A stretch of 26,200 nucleotides of DNA, from assembly GCA_042217695.1 (NCBI GenBank), contig JBDGSE010000020.1, positions 1 to 26,200 on the forward strand, written 5' to 3'. Numbering within the stretch: position 1 is the first letter of the stretch; the number at the start of each line of letters is the position of its first letter. The notes beneath the pieces are model-generated. The model was not told where the DNA came from, ran no database searches, and saw nothing but the letters and a program-made list of their open reading frames with translations. Positions 8,812-17,232 of the stretch are shown in pieces. This DNA is from Candidatus Nanohaloarchaea archaeon (GTDB lineage Archaea > Nanohalarchaeota > Nanosalinia > Nanosalinales > Nanosalinaceae). A program made the translations under genes and the position numbers.

Positions 8812-11522
8812 TGGATCGCCTGTTCGTGTAGATCCCTGGCTGACTCGGTGTCAAACTTCTCGCCGCAAACGCTGCACTCGAAACCTTCTGCATCGTCTCC
8901 ATCTTCTTCACCGCCCTCCCCGTTCATCTCCTTTTCATCGCTACTATCCTCTTCTCCATCGCTCTCCTCTCCATCCTGCCGTGGCTCTTCTTCACTCTCT
9001 TCTTCACTCTCTTCAGAGTTTCCGACTTCAGGCTTCTGCTTTCTCATCCCTCCGCCGCGGCCACCGCTACCGGACATCACCGGACGGGAACCACGGTCGT
9101 CATCGCTGTTCTTCCTCTTGATGGCCGTGGCAAGCACAAGTGTAAACACTATTATCAGTCCCAGCGCTATGTTGACGCTTCCCTGCCTCTTCAGGAACTG
9201 GCCGGTGTTCGGCATCTTGAACGAGAAGCCTGTGCCCTTGTTCCCCGAGGCGTTGTCGACCGACACCTTTTTCGGCGGGGTCTCCTTCGAGACCTGTGCC
9301 TGGAATGTTATCATGTCATTTATTTTCTGACCTGCAGCAGTCGCCGTTACCTCAACGGTCAGGGTCCTGTACTTCTGGCACGATGTCTTGCAGAAATCTG
9401 CCGGTAGTCGAGTGGTCATCAGGGCCTTCACGCTTCCGTCGGGGCCGAGCTTGCTCCACTCCTTCTTCCGGAACGAGTAGACGCCCCTCTTGAAACCTTT
9501 CAGTGAGAGCGTCACATCCTTCAGAGGCGCCTGCCCCGAGTTGATAATAGTGAACTGGGTGGTGGAACTGCCTCCAACGTAGAACTTGGCGGTTTCAGGC
9601 CCGCTGAGAGAGATCTTTTTCAGGGTATAGGTACTGAAGGTCTTCTGTATGGTCCTTGTGAGCGGGGAGTAAGGCTTCTTCTCGGCGTGGATTCTGACAT
9701 GGTACTCTCCCTCCTTGCCAGGAACCGTTTTCTTGATCGAGAACAGGCCTGCCTGATTCGTGGTGGTCGAGGAGGACCCCACAACCACTTTGCCGTTGAG
9801 GTTGACTATGCTCGCCGAGACCCGTGCACCGGAAACCCCTTTGCCGGAGGGAGTCACCAGCTTCCCGTTCACCGTCAGAGTGCCGCCCTTCTTCACCTTG
9901 TCGCTGGAGAACTCAACGTAGTCCAGCTGAAGCGGCGTGTTCTTCACCACCATGTAACCGTTCAAAAGCTGGGGTTTCCCGGTAACGTTGTAGGGCGTCA
10001 CCGGGAACGTCACCGTTCCGACCGTGGGATGGATCCATCCACGTTTAACGCCGACAGACTTCCATTCGCTTGACGAGTAGCAACTGACCCCGTTTATGTT
10101 CCATCCAACGCATTCATAGACTTTCAGGTTGGAGGGGTTGACCTTTGTAGTATCGTACTGCATCGTTATCTCTCCCTCCCGAAACGGGTAACCGAACCAG
10201 ACCGCCAGCGCGTTCGCAACAGTCACGCCTTCAAGGTTCTGACCCACCTCATTCAATGCGATATCGTCGTAACGGATGGTTCCTCTGGCGTCTGCCTGTG
10301 TCTGGAGTCGAACACCCTGGAGATGAACCGTGACTTCCGGGAGCTGGAGGGTGAAGTTGTAAATCCCGGGAAGCACATTTCCAGAGTATGTACCATGCTT
10401 TACCTCGATCTCCTCGCTGAAACCCTCCTTCTCGACATAAATCTTGCCGTTCACCGGTTGACCTGTCGCGTCCGTTATCTTCCCACTGAACAGTATGTAC
10501 TTTGAAACAGTGAAGTTCGCGACCTCTAATCCTCCTCCCCTCTTCAGGTCAATAACAAGGTTATACCGCCCAAGCGGGATGTTCGAGGGTTTTCGATCAA
10601 CTTCCAGATGGAGAATCCTGTCGTTATCCAGAGGTTCAACGCTCATCCCTATATCATAGCTCACATTACCGTTAGCCGAGGTTAAGCTTGCTTCAAAGTC
10701 ACTTGGCCCAAGTACAGTGTTATCTCTGGCATATGTCGAGTCGTTCTTGTAGGTTATCTCTGCGTTAACGAACAGGGATGAAAGCTGCTCGAACTGAATA
10801 CTCTTTTCAGAAGTGTTAACCACGTCAACCGCCCACTTATTTCGTACCTTCACCTGGGCAGGCCCGTTAGCAGGACTAGCAGAAACAGAGCCATCAGAGA
10901 TCAGACCACCAGAATAGCTCAAATCGGTGAGTAAGGTATAGGTACCGGGTTCCAAGTCTTTCGGCACTGTTACCTCGAACCACCTGTTTCCTTTAGCGTC
11001 AAGTCCTTTATCGCTTACATCCAGTGAACCCCAGGAGTTGAAGCTCAGATCCACCTGAGAGTTTGATTGTTTCACCTGTTGAGAGGAAGAACCATTTATC
11101 TCTGCATCAAGTTTTACAGTCAGTTTTTCACCAGTGTATTTCTCTATCGTCTCGGGCGGCTCCACCCGTTTGACAGACAGTTCCAGCATCTTTCCCGCCA
11201 CATTCGCGGCCTGAGAGTCGCCGCACAGGAGTTTAACGGAGTAATCCCCGTATCCCAGAGAAGACGGCGATACAGATGTGCTGAAGTCTCCATCCGTATT
11301 TGCTATCGTTTTCCCTCCGCCCTTTGGGTACACCAGTTCAACGGAAGTACTCCCCTTGGTACAGTTCGCGTAACCGTTAAGAGTTGTATCCTCTTCTCCT
11401 CGCCATATCTCTTTGTCCCCAGAGTCTATTTTCAGAGAGGCAGCGGCAGACACACTTGCAACTGTGAAAAGCAGGGCGAGGCCCAGAAGAACCAGTTTTG
11501 AAGCTTTTCTGTTGTAGCGCAT
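8808..11522 (-). CDS. Large multi-Ig-like surface protein: signal peptide, ectodomain, single TM, acidic cytoplasmic tail, C-terminal C2H2 zinc finger
   Basis: MRYNRKASKLVLLGLALLFTVASVSA signal, CARDB/NEW3-like 'IINSGQAPLKDVTLSL', TM IALGLIIVFTLVLATAI followed by KRK, and terminal CSVC-x12-HEQAIH. ATG 11522 has TTTAAA 28 nt upstream. GTG 11549 is an alternative start. Confidence 0.8.
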   Translation of the reverse strand: MRYNRKASKLVLLGLALLFTVASVSAAASLKIDSGDKEIWRGEEDTTLNGYANCTKGSTSVELVYPKGGGKTIANTDGDFSTSVSPSSLGYGDYSVKLLCGDSQAANVAGKMLELSVKRVEPPETIEKYTGEKLTVKLDAEINGSSSQQVKQSNSQVDLSFNSWGSLDVSDKGLDAKGNRWFEVTVPKDLEPGTYTLLTDLSYSGGLISDGSVSASPANGPAQVKVRNKWAVDVVNTSEKSIQFEQLSSLFVNAEITYKNDSTYARDNTVLGPSDFEASLTSANGNVSYDIGMSVEPLDNDRILHLEVDRKPSNIPLGRYNLVIDLKRGGGLEVANFTVSKYILFSGKITDATGQPVNGKIYVEKEGFSEEIEVKHGTYSGNVLPGIYNFTLQLPEVTVHLQGVRLQTQADARGTIRYDDIALNEVGQNLEGVTVANALAVWFGYPFREGEITMQYDTTKVNPSNLKVYECVGWNINGVSCYSSSEWKSVGVKRGWIHPTVGTVTFPVTPYNVTGKPQLLNGYMVVKNTPLQLDYVEFSSDKVKKGGTLTVNGKLVTPSGKGVSGARVSASIVNLNGKVVVGSSSTTTNQAGLFSIKKTVPGKEGEYHVRIHAEKKPYSPLTRTIQKTFSTYTLKKISLSGPETAKFYVGGSSTTQFTIINSGQAPLKDVTLSLKGFKRGVYSFRKKEWSKLGPDGSVKALMTTRLPADFCKTSCQKYRTLTVEVTATAAGQKINDMITFQAQVSKETPPKKVSVDNASGNKGTGFSFKMPNTGQFLKRQGSVNIALGLIIVFTLVLATAIKRKNSDDDRGSRPVMSGSGGRGGGMRKQKPEVGNSEESEEESEEEPRQDGEESDGEEDSSDEKEMNGEGGEEDGDDAEGFECSVCGEKFDTESARDLHEQAIH

Positions 11523-11545
11523 TATATTATTATGAGGGTTTTCTA

Positions 11546-12340
11546 TCACTTTAAAGGTTTGAGTAGTGTTTCCCGGGCGCTGGGGTGTTTTGCGATGAGT
11601 ACGAGGTTTAGAGCGGCGGAGAGGAGAAGCAGTATCTCGAGTGCATGGGCCTGGACCCGTTCAAGTATGGTGGTCTGGGCCGCGACGTTGACCGTGGCGG
11701 TACCCACCACCCTGCCGTCCTTCATCACTGCGTAGAGAATCTCTCTCTGCGAGTGGAAGAGGTAGGGTTCGTACTGCACGGTGGCTCTCCCGTCCTTTAT
11801 GTCGACTGCATGGACTTTCCAGCCAGCGGGGGTGCTGTAGGGCACCATTGTACCGTTCTCCACTCCCAGTTTGACCCGGGCAGCGGAGGAGTTGGATTCC
11901 AAAGTGGTGGTCTCCACGGTGTGGTTTGCGACCACTCCCTCCCGGGACGTGAAACTGTAGTTCTGGAGGGTGGCGGTCTGTCCGCAGTAACTGAGTTCTA
12001 TGGTGGCGTTTACCTCTCCGGTGTAGTTGTAGGGCAGATAGTTTATCTCCATGAGAGCGGTTTCGCCGGGCCAGAGCGCGTAACCCTGTGACCAGCGTTC
12101 GACAGTCTCTCCTGAATGGCTGTAGACCCCTTTCAGCCGGAAGACGCAGCCGACAGATCCTGTATTGGCCACGCTGGTGTTGAACGTGTTCAGTGGGTCC
12201 GCGTCGTCCTCGGCGTCAAAGGCGACCTGGTTGAATGAGGTCAGCTCCGATATCTGTACCTTGAACCGTGTGGCGCCGGCGGGGGCGATCAGCAGCCCTG
12301 CTATCAGTAGGAGGGTACCGATGCTTTTAGGTCCAGCCAT
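11546..12340 (-). CDS. Secreted Ig-like protein with a C-terminal membrane anchor
   Basis: Signal MAGPKSIGTLLLIAGLLIAPAGA, motifs VANTGSV and LWPGET, C-terminal TM ALEILLLLSAALNLVLIA. Confidence 0.75.
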   Translation of the reverse strand: MAGPKSIGTLLLIAGLLIAPAGATRFKVQISELTSFNQVAFDAEDDADPLNTFNTSVANTGSVGCVFRLKGVYSHSGETVERWSQGYALWPGETALMEINYLPYNYTGEVNATIELSYCGQTATLQNYSFTSREGVVANHTVETTTLESNSSAARVKLGVENGTMVPYSTPAGWKVHAVDIKDGRATVQYEPYLFHSQREILYAVMKDGRVVGTATVNVAAQTTILERVQAHALEILLLLSAALNLVLIAKHPSARETLLKPLK

Positions 12341-12759
12341 CTATTACCCAGCGCGTTCTTCGGGGTCTGGATTTTCAGTCTGACTTCGCCAGTGTAGTAA
12401 CCGGGTTCCGTGGCGTTGAACTTGATACGCATCTGTCTGGCGCCCTTGAAATAGAATTTCTCGTCGTATTGCAGGGTGCCAGAGATGTTGCCTGTGACAG
12501 TTGTCATCACGAGTGCCTGCCTGGAGCTGGTTATGTTTATGAACTTTATCGAGGCAGCTCCCACAGGGATTTTTCCGAACCATAGCTGGGAACCCGTGAC
12601 TATCCCTATCTCCTGGGTCGCGTTTTCACTTGAGTTTATCGCGGTGGCGTTGGCGTTGAAAGACTCGATGTAGGTGTTTGTGGCGAACTGGTTTACAGCA
12701 AAGGGAGATAGACCTATGAGAATGCTTATCCCGATGATGGAGGCTGCTAGTTTGTCGAT
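12304..12759 (-). CDS. N-terminally anchored subunit-like protein, 151 aa, probable ATC start
   Basis: The frame is open from 12765 to the stop at 12304, with no ATG/GTG/TTG until 12564. ATC at 12759 follows SD GGTGA and gives MDKLAASIIGISILIGLSPFAV. Motifs LWFGKIPVG and EPGYYTGEVRL. The ORF track captures only the last 86 aa. Confidence 0.7.
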   Translation of the reverse strand: MDKLAASIIGISILIGLSPFAVNQFATNTYIESFNANATAINSSENATQEIGIVTGSQLWFGKIPVGAASIKFINITSSRQALVMTTVTGNISGTLQYDEKFYFKGARQMRIKFNATEPGYYTGEVRLKIQTPKNALGNRWLDLKASVPSY

Positions 12760-12765
12760 TGTTAG

Positions 12766-13866
12766 TCACCCATAAATCAATACGCCTACTGAAAGTAATA
12801 AAAGTAGCCCAAGCAGGTAGAGCGGAAGCCCTGTAAGGATTATGTAGAGAGAGATCCCCAGGAGGCCGAGCAGCACCACTATCCACACAGGGTCGAGCTC
12901 GAAGTAGTACATCATCGCGCCGAGCAGTACGAGCACCATCAGCACAAGCCAGTAGGGCACCCTGGATTTTTCGCCGTCTGGCTGAGGCCCCTGCCTGATC
13001 TCTATGATCTTGGAGATGTTTATGGTTTCATCGATGTAGGCGCTGCCGGTAATGTAGCTCATCTTTCCCTCGACCCGGTAGATGCCTGCGTCAAGGCTCT
13101 GCTGGCTCCAGTAGGTCTCCACTATCCTGGTCTCGCCCGGGGCCAGGCGTTCTCCCCCTATAATTATCTTGCCCGTTTTGTTGCCCACCTCGTTGTATAT
13201 CAGTGTCTTGGCGCGCTGTATCTTGGTGGTGACCGTGCCGTTGTTCTTCATCAGGAAGTCTATACGGACCTGGTCCTCCGAGGTTCTGAGGCTGTTCACA
13301 CCGAGTATCTTGAGGTCACGGATCGCCCTGGTCGGGGGCGTTTCCCTGTCGACGTAGAATACGAACACGAACTGCGTTACGCCGACAGTCTGGACGGACG
13401 TGGTCCCGGAGGCGGAGGCTGAGAACTGGGGGTTGAGGTTTATCGCTCCTGCGTGCCAGCCTGGCTCCGCATCTTTCGGGATACTTATCTCGAACTCTAC
13501 CTTCTGGTTTGCCCGGGCAACACCGCCGTTCCTCAGCTGTATCACCTTTACGTTCGACGGGTTGACCTGGTATGTGTCGGGCAGATGCACCCATGAGCTG
13601 ATGTCCTCGCCGGATGCATTGGCAGGCACGTAACCGTAGCTTGTCTTCCCGCCGGTAAGCATGGAGGTGTGGGGCCGGGTGTAACCTGGTTTTATGATGA
13701 ATGGGTTGTTCCGGTCCGTGACAATGTAGAAGTAGGCCTCGTAGGTCTTCCCGGGCTCCAGTTTCCCAAGGTTCTGGACGCCGGGAGCGGTACCAACATA
13801 CGCCGCACCGATACCGGTGAAGAGCAGGGCGGCGGCCACCAAGAACACGGTCTTCTTCGCTTCCAT
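12766..13866 (-). CDS. DUF916/DUF3324 (WxL-interacting protein)-like two-domain membrane protein, putative fibre chaperone/anchor
   Basis: MEAKKTVFLVAAALLFTGIGAA signal. Domain 1: LGKLEPG...W...VEFEISIPKDAEPGWHAGAI. Domain 2: MKNNGTV...LAPGETRIVETYW...LDAGIYRV. Two or three C-terminal TM helices. The family call is by motif resemblance only. Confidence 0.6.
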   Translation of the reverse strand: MEAKKTVFLVAAALLFTGIGAAYVGTAPGVQNLGKLEPGKTYEAYFYIVTDRNNPFIIKPGYTRPHTSMLTGGKTSYGYVPANASGEDISSWVHLPDTYQVNPSNVKVIQLRNGGVARANQKVEFEISIPKDAEPGWHAGAINLNPQFSASASGTTSVQTVGVTQFVFVFYVDRETPPTRAIRDLKILGVNSLRTSEDQVRIDFLMKNNGTVTTKIQRAKTLIYNEVGNKTGKIIIGGERLAPGETRIVETYWSQQSLDAGIYRVEGKMSYITGSAYIDETINISKIIEIRQGPQPDGEKSRVPYWLVLMVLVLLGAMMYYFELDPVWIVVLLGLLGISLYIILTGLPLYLLGLLLLLSVGVLIYG

Positions 13867-14052
13867 GTAACAACCCTTTCCTGACACTGGTTTGTAGTTG
13901 CAGGTCCTATTTTATTAGGGTTGTCCAGCACCGCCGAAATAGTAGTAAAATCAACTGTGCAAAGTCGGCGAACACTAGTTTTTTAAACAAGCCAAGGTTA
14001 TTCCTTTCCAGGGGAGCGGGGGAAGAAAAGACCGGTATATCGTGATAAGTTG
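13867..14052. promoter_or_regulatory. Divergent promoter region between the accessory operon and the major subunit genes
   Basis: 186-bp AT-richer gap with TTTTTTAAA at about 13979-13988 (+) and TAATAAAA at about 13917-13910 (-). Confidence 0.55.
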
Positions 14053-15111
14053 ATGGCTGGAAAACACCCCGATGCTAGAAGCAAGTTAGTCAAGTCTCTA
14101 ACTCTACTCTCAGTAGTTCTGCTGGCCTTCTCCGCGAGTGTTTCGGCTGCAAACGCCCAGAACACGCTGGACGTCAACGTTTCTATCGCCACGCAGACCA
14201 TAATCGATATCCAGCCAAAAACGTTCTCCTGGGGCTACGGGAGTACAGTCTACCCGGGGAGTACGGCAGGACCTTCCGAAGAGATGCACGGTTACGGCCG
14301 TATACAGATAGAGAACCTTGGTTCTGTTAACATCACACAGGTATGGTTCAACAACACGCAACCAGCGCAGAGGCCTTTCGGTACAGGTAACCCGGGCGCC
14401 TACGACTCGGCGAACTTCCTGGCTATCGACTTCAACATGAGCGGTGTGAACGACAGGAACACCTTCATAGACAGGAAGGAGTTCGGGCTCGACCAGCCCA
14501 CTGGCAAAGAAATAATCTACCTGGAGACTCCCAGCGGCTGGGACTACGGACGTTTCAGGAACGCATCCTATGAATACTTCTGGACGGTGGATGACTCGGG
14601 GACCAGTCTTGACGGTGCAAAGTTCAGGATAGGAGTCGAGCACCACAACTCTACGCAGACCGGTTCAACCAACCTGGCCTCCACCTGCTCGGGTGGAGAT
14701 GCAACCGGAAGCAACACGCAGTGTAACGGATACACCCTGACCAACGTCAGCATCAACGGGAACTGGTGGGCCGTCACCGAGGTAGAAGTGGGCGTACTGG
14801 ACTCCACCACGATGTCGAACGAAGGCGGTGCAGAGTACTGTGTTGCGATGGACGCCAGTCAGGTCATGGGGACCAGTCCTCCAGAAGTCGAGTTCATCAA
14901 GTGGAACAAGGGACACCCCGCAGTAGTGGCGGCCGGCGCAGGAAGCGGCTGTGCCTACGCCACCAATTACACTATCGGCGGTTCATCCCCGGCCGGAGAG
15001 CTCGCGCCCGGTGAATGGATCACCATGAACATCCGGGCCAAGATACCGTATGGTGTTGTTTCGGGCAATTTGCCCACAGGAAACCTATTTGTCTTGGCAA
15101 ACAGTCAATGA
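14053..15111 (+). CDS. Secreted putative fibre/surface subunit A (paralog of the next gene)
   Basis: Sec signal ending SASVSA. Mature N-terminus NTLDVNVSIATQTIIDIQP, IQIENLGSVNITQVWFN, RPFGTGNPGAYDSANF, RKEF, WDYGRFR, EYFW and C-terminal LAPGEWITMNIRAKIPYG. No C-terminal TM. Confidence 0.8.
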   Translation: MAGKHPDARSKLVKSLTLLSVVLLAFSASVSAANAQNTLDVNVSIATQTIIDIQPKTFSWGYGSTVYPGSTAGPSEEMHGYGRIQIENLGSVNITQVWFNNTQPAQRPFGTGNPGAYDSANFLAIDFNMSGVNDRNTFIDRKEFGLDQPTGKEIIYLETPSGWDYGRFRNASYEYFWTVDDSGTSLDGAKFRIGVEHHNSTQTGSTNLASTCSGGDATGSNTQCNGYTLTNVSINGNWWAVTEVEVGVLDSTTMSNEGGAEYCVAMDASQVMGTSPPEVEFIKWNKGHPAVVAAGAGSGCAYATNYTIGGSSPAGELAPGEWITMNIRAKIPYGVVSGNLPTGNLFVLANSQ

Positions 15112-15131
15112 AAATCCCCTAAAACAAAAAC

Positions 15132-15138
15132 GAGGTGA
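15132..15138 (+). promoter_or_regulatory. Strong Shine-Dalgarno motif for subunit B
   Basis: GAGGTGA followed by the A-rich spacer AAACAAAA(A) before ATG 15148. It is the best SD match seen in the window. Confidence 0.7.
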
Positions 15139-15147
15139 AAAACAAAA

Positions 15148-16167
15148 ATGAACAGCAAAACGACAACCAGGCTCTTGGTCATAGCAGTCCTGGCGCTTGG
15201 GATGGTCGGTTCAGCCACGGCACAGACATCGGAAGCCACAGATAACTCCACAGTGTCCGTGAGTATCGGAAGCAAGATAGCGATAGATATCTCCCCCACT
15301 GCGCTCGACTTCGGGTCGATAACCCCGGGTAACGAGGATTCCACGGCAACCATTGGTTCCGGGGAAGTGGTGGGAGCGATAGAGCTCGAGAACACGGGCT
15401 CCGAGAATATAACACATGTCTGGCTGAACGCATCCACCCCGACATCCAAGCCGTTCGGGACCGGTACACCCAGTGCGTATGATTCAGGCAACTTCATGAT
15501 GGTGAAGACCGGGAACGGAGATATCACGGGAGTGACTGCCTATCAGAACTTCACATACGTCAACAGGAAGGAGTTCAACGAGACCAGCACCCTCCCCTAC
15601 ATCTTCGTACCCGGTGAAGGAAGTACCGCACAGAACTGGAGTTACGGCCGGTTCCGGGTAGGAGACCAGGAATTCTTCTGGGCTGTCAACGTCACAAATC
15701 GTGCCGCAGGAACAGGACAGTGTGTGACAGGAAACAACGACTTCAGGTTAGGAGTGTCTGCGCACAACCAGACAGCGACAGGAAGCAACGACTTCACAGA
15801 CCCGGCGGAGTACTACAGCTTCTCGGTCACCGATGTTGGTACCTCTGGTACCAACCCGTACCTGGTGACAGGTGTGGAGCTCAACGGTTCCGTCCTCAGT
15901 GGACACAGGAACTACGATGTAGTGCTCAACTGTGGCAACCCGACCTGGGCAATGAGGACCCACTTCAACATCGGTCCAGGAACCCTGGATCTCAGCACCA
16001 GTGGCTCAGCGGCTGAGTTCCTGGTTAGCTCCACCAACACCTATGGTGAGGCCGCGTTGCAGCCTGGTGAACACTTCACTGTGAACGTGAGCATGCAGGT
16101 TCCGCTTGGAGTAGCTACAGGATCGCCTATCAACGGTTACCTGCGGGTCTTCGCGAACAACAACTAG
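15148..16167 (+). CDS. Secreted putative fibre/surface subunit B (candidate major subunit)
   Basis: Sec signal ending GSATA. NSTVSVSIGSKIAIDISPTALDFGSITPG, IELENTGSENITHVWLN, KPFGTGTPSAYDSGNF, RKEF, WSYGRFR, EFFW and LQPGEHFTVNVSMQVPLG. No C-terminal TM. Confidence 0.8.
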   Translation: MNSKTTTRLLVIAVLALGMVGSATAQTSEATDNSTVSVSIGSKIAIDISPTALDFGSITPGNEDSTATIGSGEVVGAIELENTGSENITHVWLNASTPTSKPFGTGTPSAYDSGNFMMVKTGNGDITGVTAYQNFTYVNRKEFNETSTLPYIFVPGEGSTAQNWSYGRFRVGDQEFFWAVNVTNRAAGTGQCVTGNNDFRLGVSAHNQTATGSNDFTDPAEYYSFSVTDVGTSGTNPYLVTGVELNGSVLSGHRNYDVVLNCGNPTWAMRTHFNIGPGTLDLSTSGSAAEFLVSSTNTYGEAALQPGEHFTVNVSMQVPLGVATGSPINGYLRVFANNN

Positions 16168-16200
16168 GGGCTTACCCCCCTTCCCGGTTCTTTTTTTATT
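16167..16200 (+). terminator. Short GC hairpin plus T-tract terminator
   Basis: GGGG-CTTAC-CCCC followed by TTCTTTTTTTATT immediately after the stop. Confidence 0.6.
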
Positions 16201-16221
16201 CGAGTTCTTCCAACCTTAACC

Positions 16222-17232
16222 ATGGCCAGCAAGTACTCCAACTTTTCGGATGAGCAACTTGAACAGACGGCCGAGATACTTGGACAGAAAGTCCAGGAAC
16301 TGGAGCAGGAGGTCCAGAAAGGCATACTTGGACAGGAGGACGCTATCCGGAAGGTTTTGCTGGCGGTTGTCGCGGGCGGAAACGTTCTGCTGGAAGGAGT
16401 GCCGGGACTGGGGAAGAGCCTGATGGTTGAAACCCTGGGGCGTACCGTGAAGGGGACCACGTTCAACCGTATCCAGTTCACGCCGGACCTTCTTCCCGCG
16501 GACATCATCGGTATCGAGGCGTACAACGAGGAGAAAGGGTTCTACACGGAGAAAGGACCTATCTTCGCGAACTTTATCCTAGCCGACGAGATCAACAGGG
16601 CCCCTCCAAAAGTCCAGTCCGCTATGCTTGAAGCCATGCAGGAGAACAAGGTTACAATCGGCGAGGAGGACCACCACCTGCCGAACCCGTTCTTTGTTAT
16701 GGCGACGCAGAACCCTGTGGAGCAGGGCGGTACCTATCCTCTACCGGAAGCGCAGGTCGACCGCTTCCTCTTCAAGGTCTACATGGATTACCCAAGGAAA
16801 GAAGTGGAGCAGAAGATAATCGACATAAACGCCAACATCATGGACATGGAGGACTTCGGCGTCGAGGAGGCGCTGACCTTCGACGAGCTGGTGGAGGTCC
16901 AGGACTTCTCCAAGCACATCAAAGTCAGCGATGAGATCAAGCAGTACATCGTGGATATAGTTGACGCCACGAGGAAACCGGAGGAGTACGACATGGAGTA
17001 CGGCAAGTACATCGATTACGGAGCTTCGCCAAGGGCGTCAATCAACCTTGCGCTGGCGGCCCGTGCATATGCGCTCTCCGAGAAACGGCACTACGTGAAG
17101 CCCAGTGACGTCCGGGAGGTTACAACCCAGGTCCTGCAGCACAGGATACTGCTTAACTACGAGGGAGAGGCCCGAGATATAAGCAAAGACGATATAATAC
17201 AGGATATAATAGACCGCGTGCCGGTGAGATGA
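16222..17232 (+). CDS. moxR: MoxR-family AAA+ ATPase
   Basis: Walker A GVPGLGKS, RIQFTPDLLPADIIG, Walker B ILADEINRAPPKVQSAMLEAMQE, ATQNPVEQGGTYPLPEAQVDRF and GASPRA lid. Confidence 0.96.
   Translation: MASKYSNFSDEQLEQTAEILGQKVQELEQEVQKGILGQEDAIRKVLLAVVAGGNVLLEGVPGLGKSLMVETLGRTVKGTTFNRIQFTPDLLPADIIGIEAYNEEKGFYTEKGPIFANFILADEINRAPPKVQSAMLEAMQENKVTIGEEDHHLPNPFFVMATQNPVEQGGTYPLPEAQVDRFLFKVYMDYPRKEVEQKIIDINANIMDMEDFGVEEALTFDELVEVQDFSKHIKVSDEIKQYIVDIVDATRKPEEYDMEYGKYIDYGASPRASINLALAARAYALSEKRHYVKPSDVREVTTQVLQHRILLNYEGEARDISKDDIIQDIIDRVPVR

Noticed and set aside
12766..12768. Genome-wide TGA recoding or selenocysteine as the explanation for the in-frame continuation
   Set aside because: TGA clearly terminates other genes here (moxR and the pilins with ATGA overlaps), Trp is encoded by TGG, and the context is not a redox motif.
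12344..12886. ORF-track calls 12344..12583 and 12626..12886 as genes
   Set aside because: They are in the wrong frames. The frame ending at 12304 gives a coherent anchor plus subunit-like protein spanning the whole gap.
13932..13970. Inverted repeat CGCCGA...TCGGCG in the divergent promoter, plus a possible 5' UTR hairpin near 14000-14025
   Set aside because: Arms are only 6 bp with a long spacer and have no second copy elsewhere, so they cannot be distinguished from chance.
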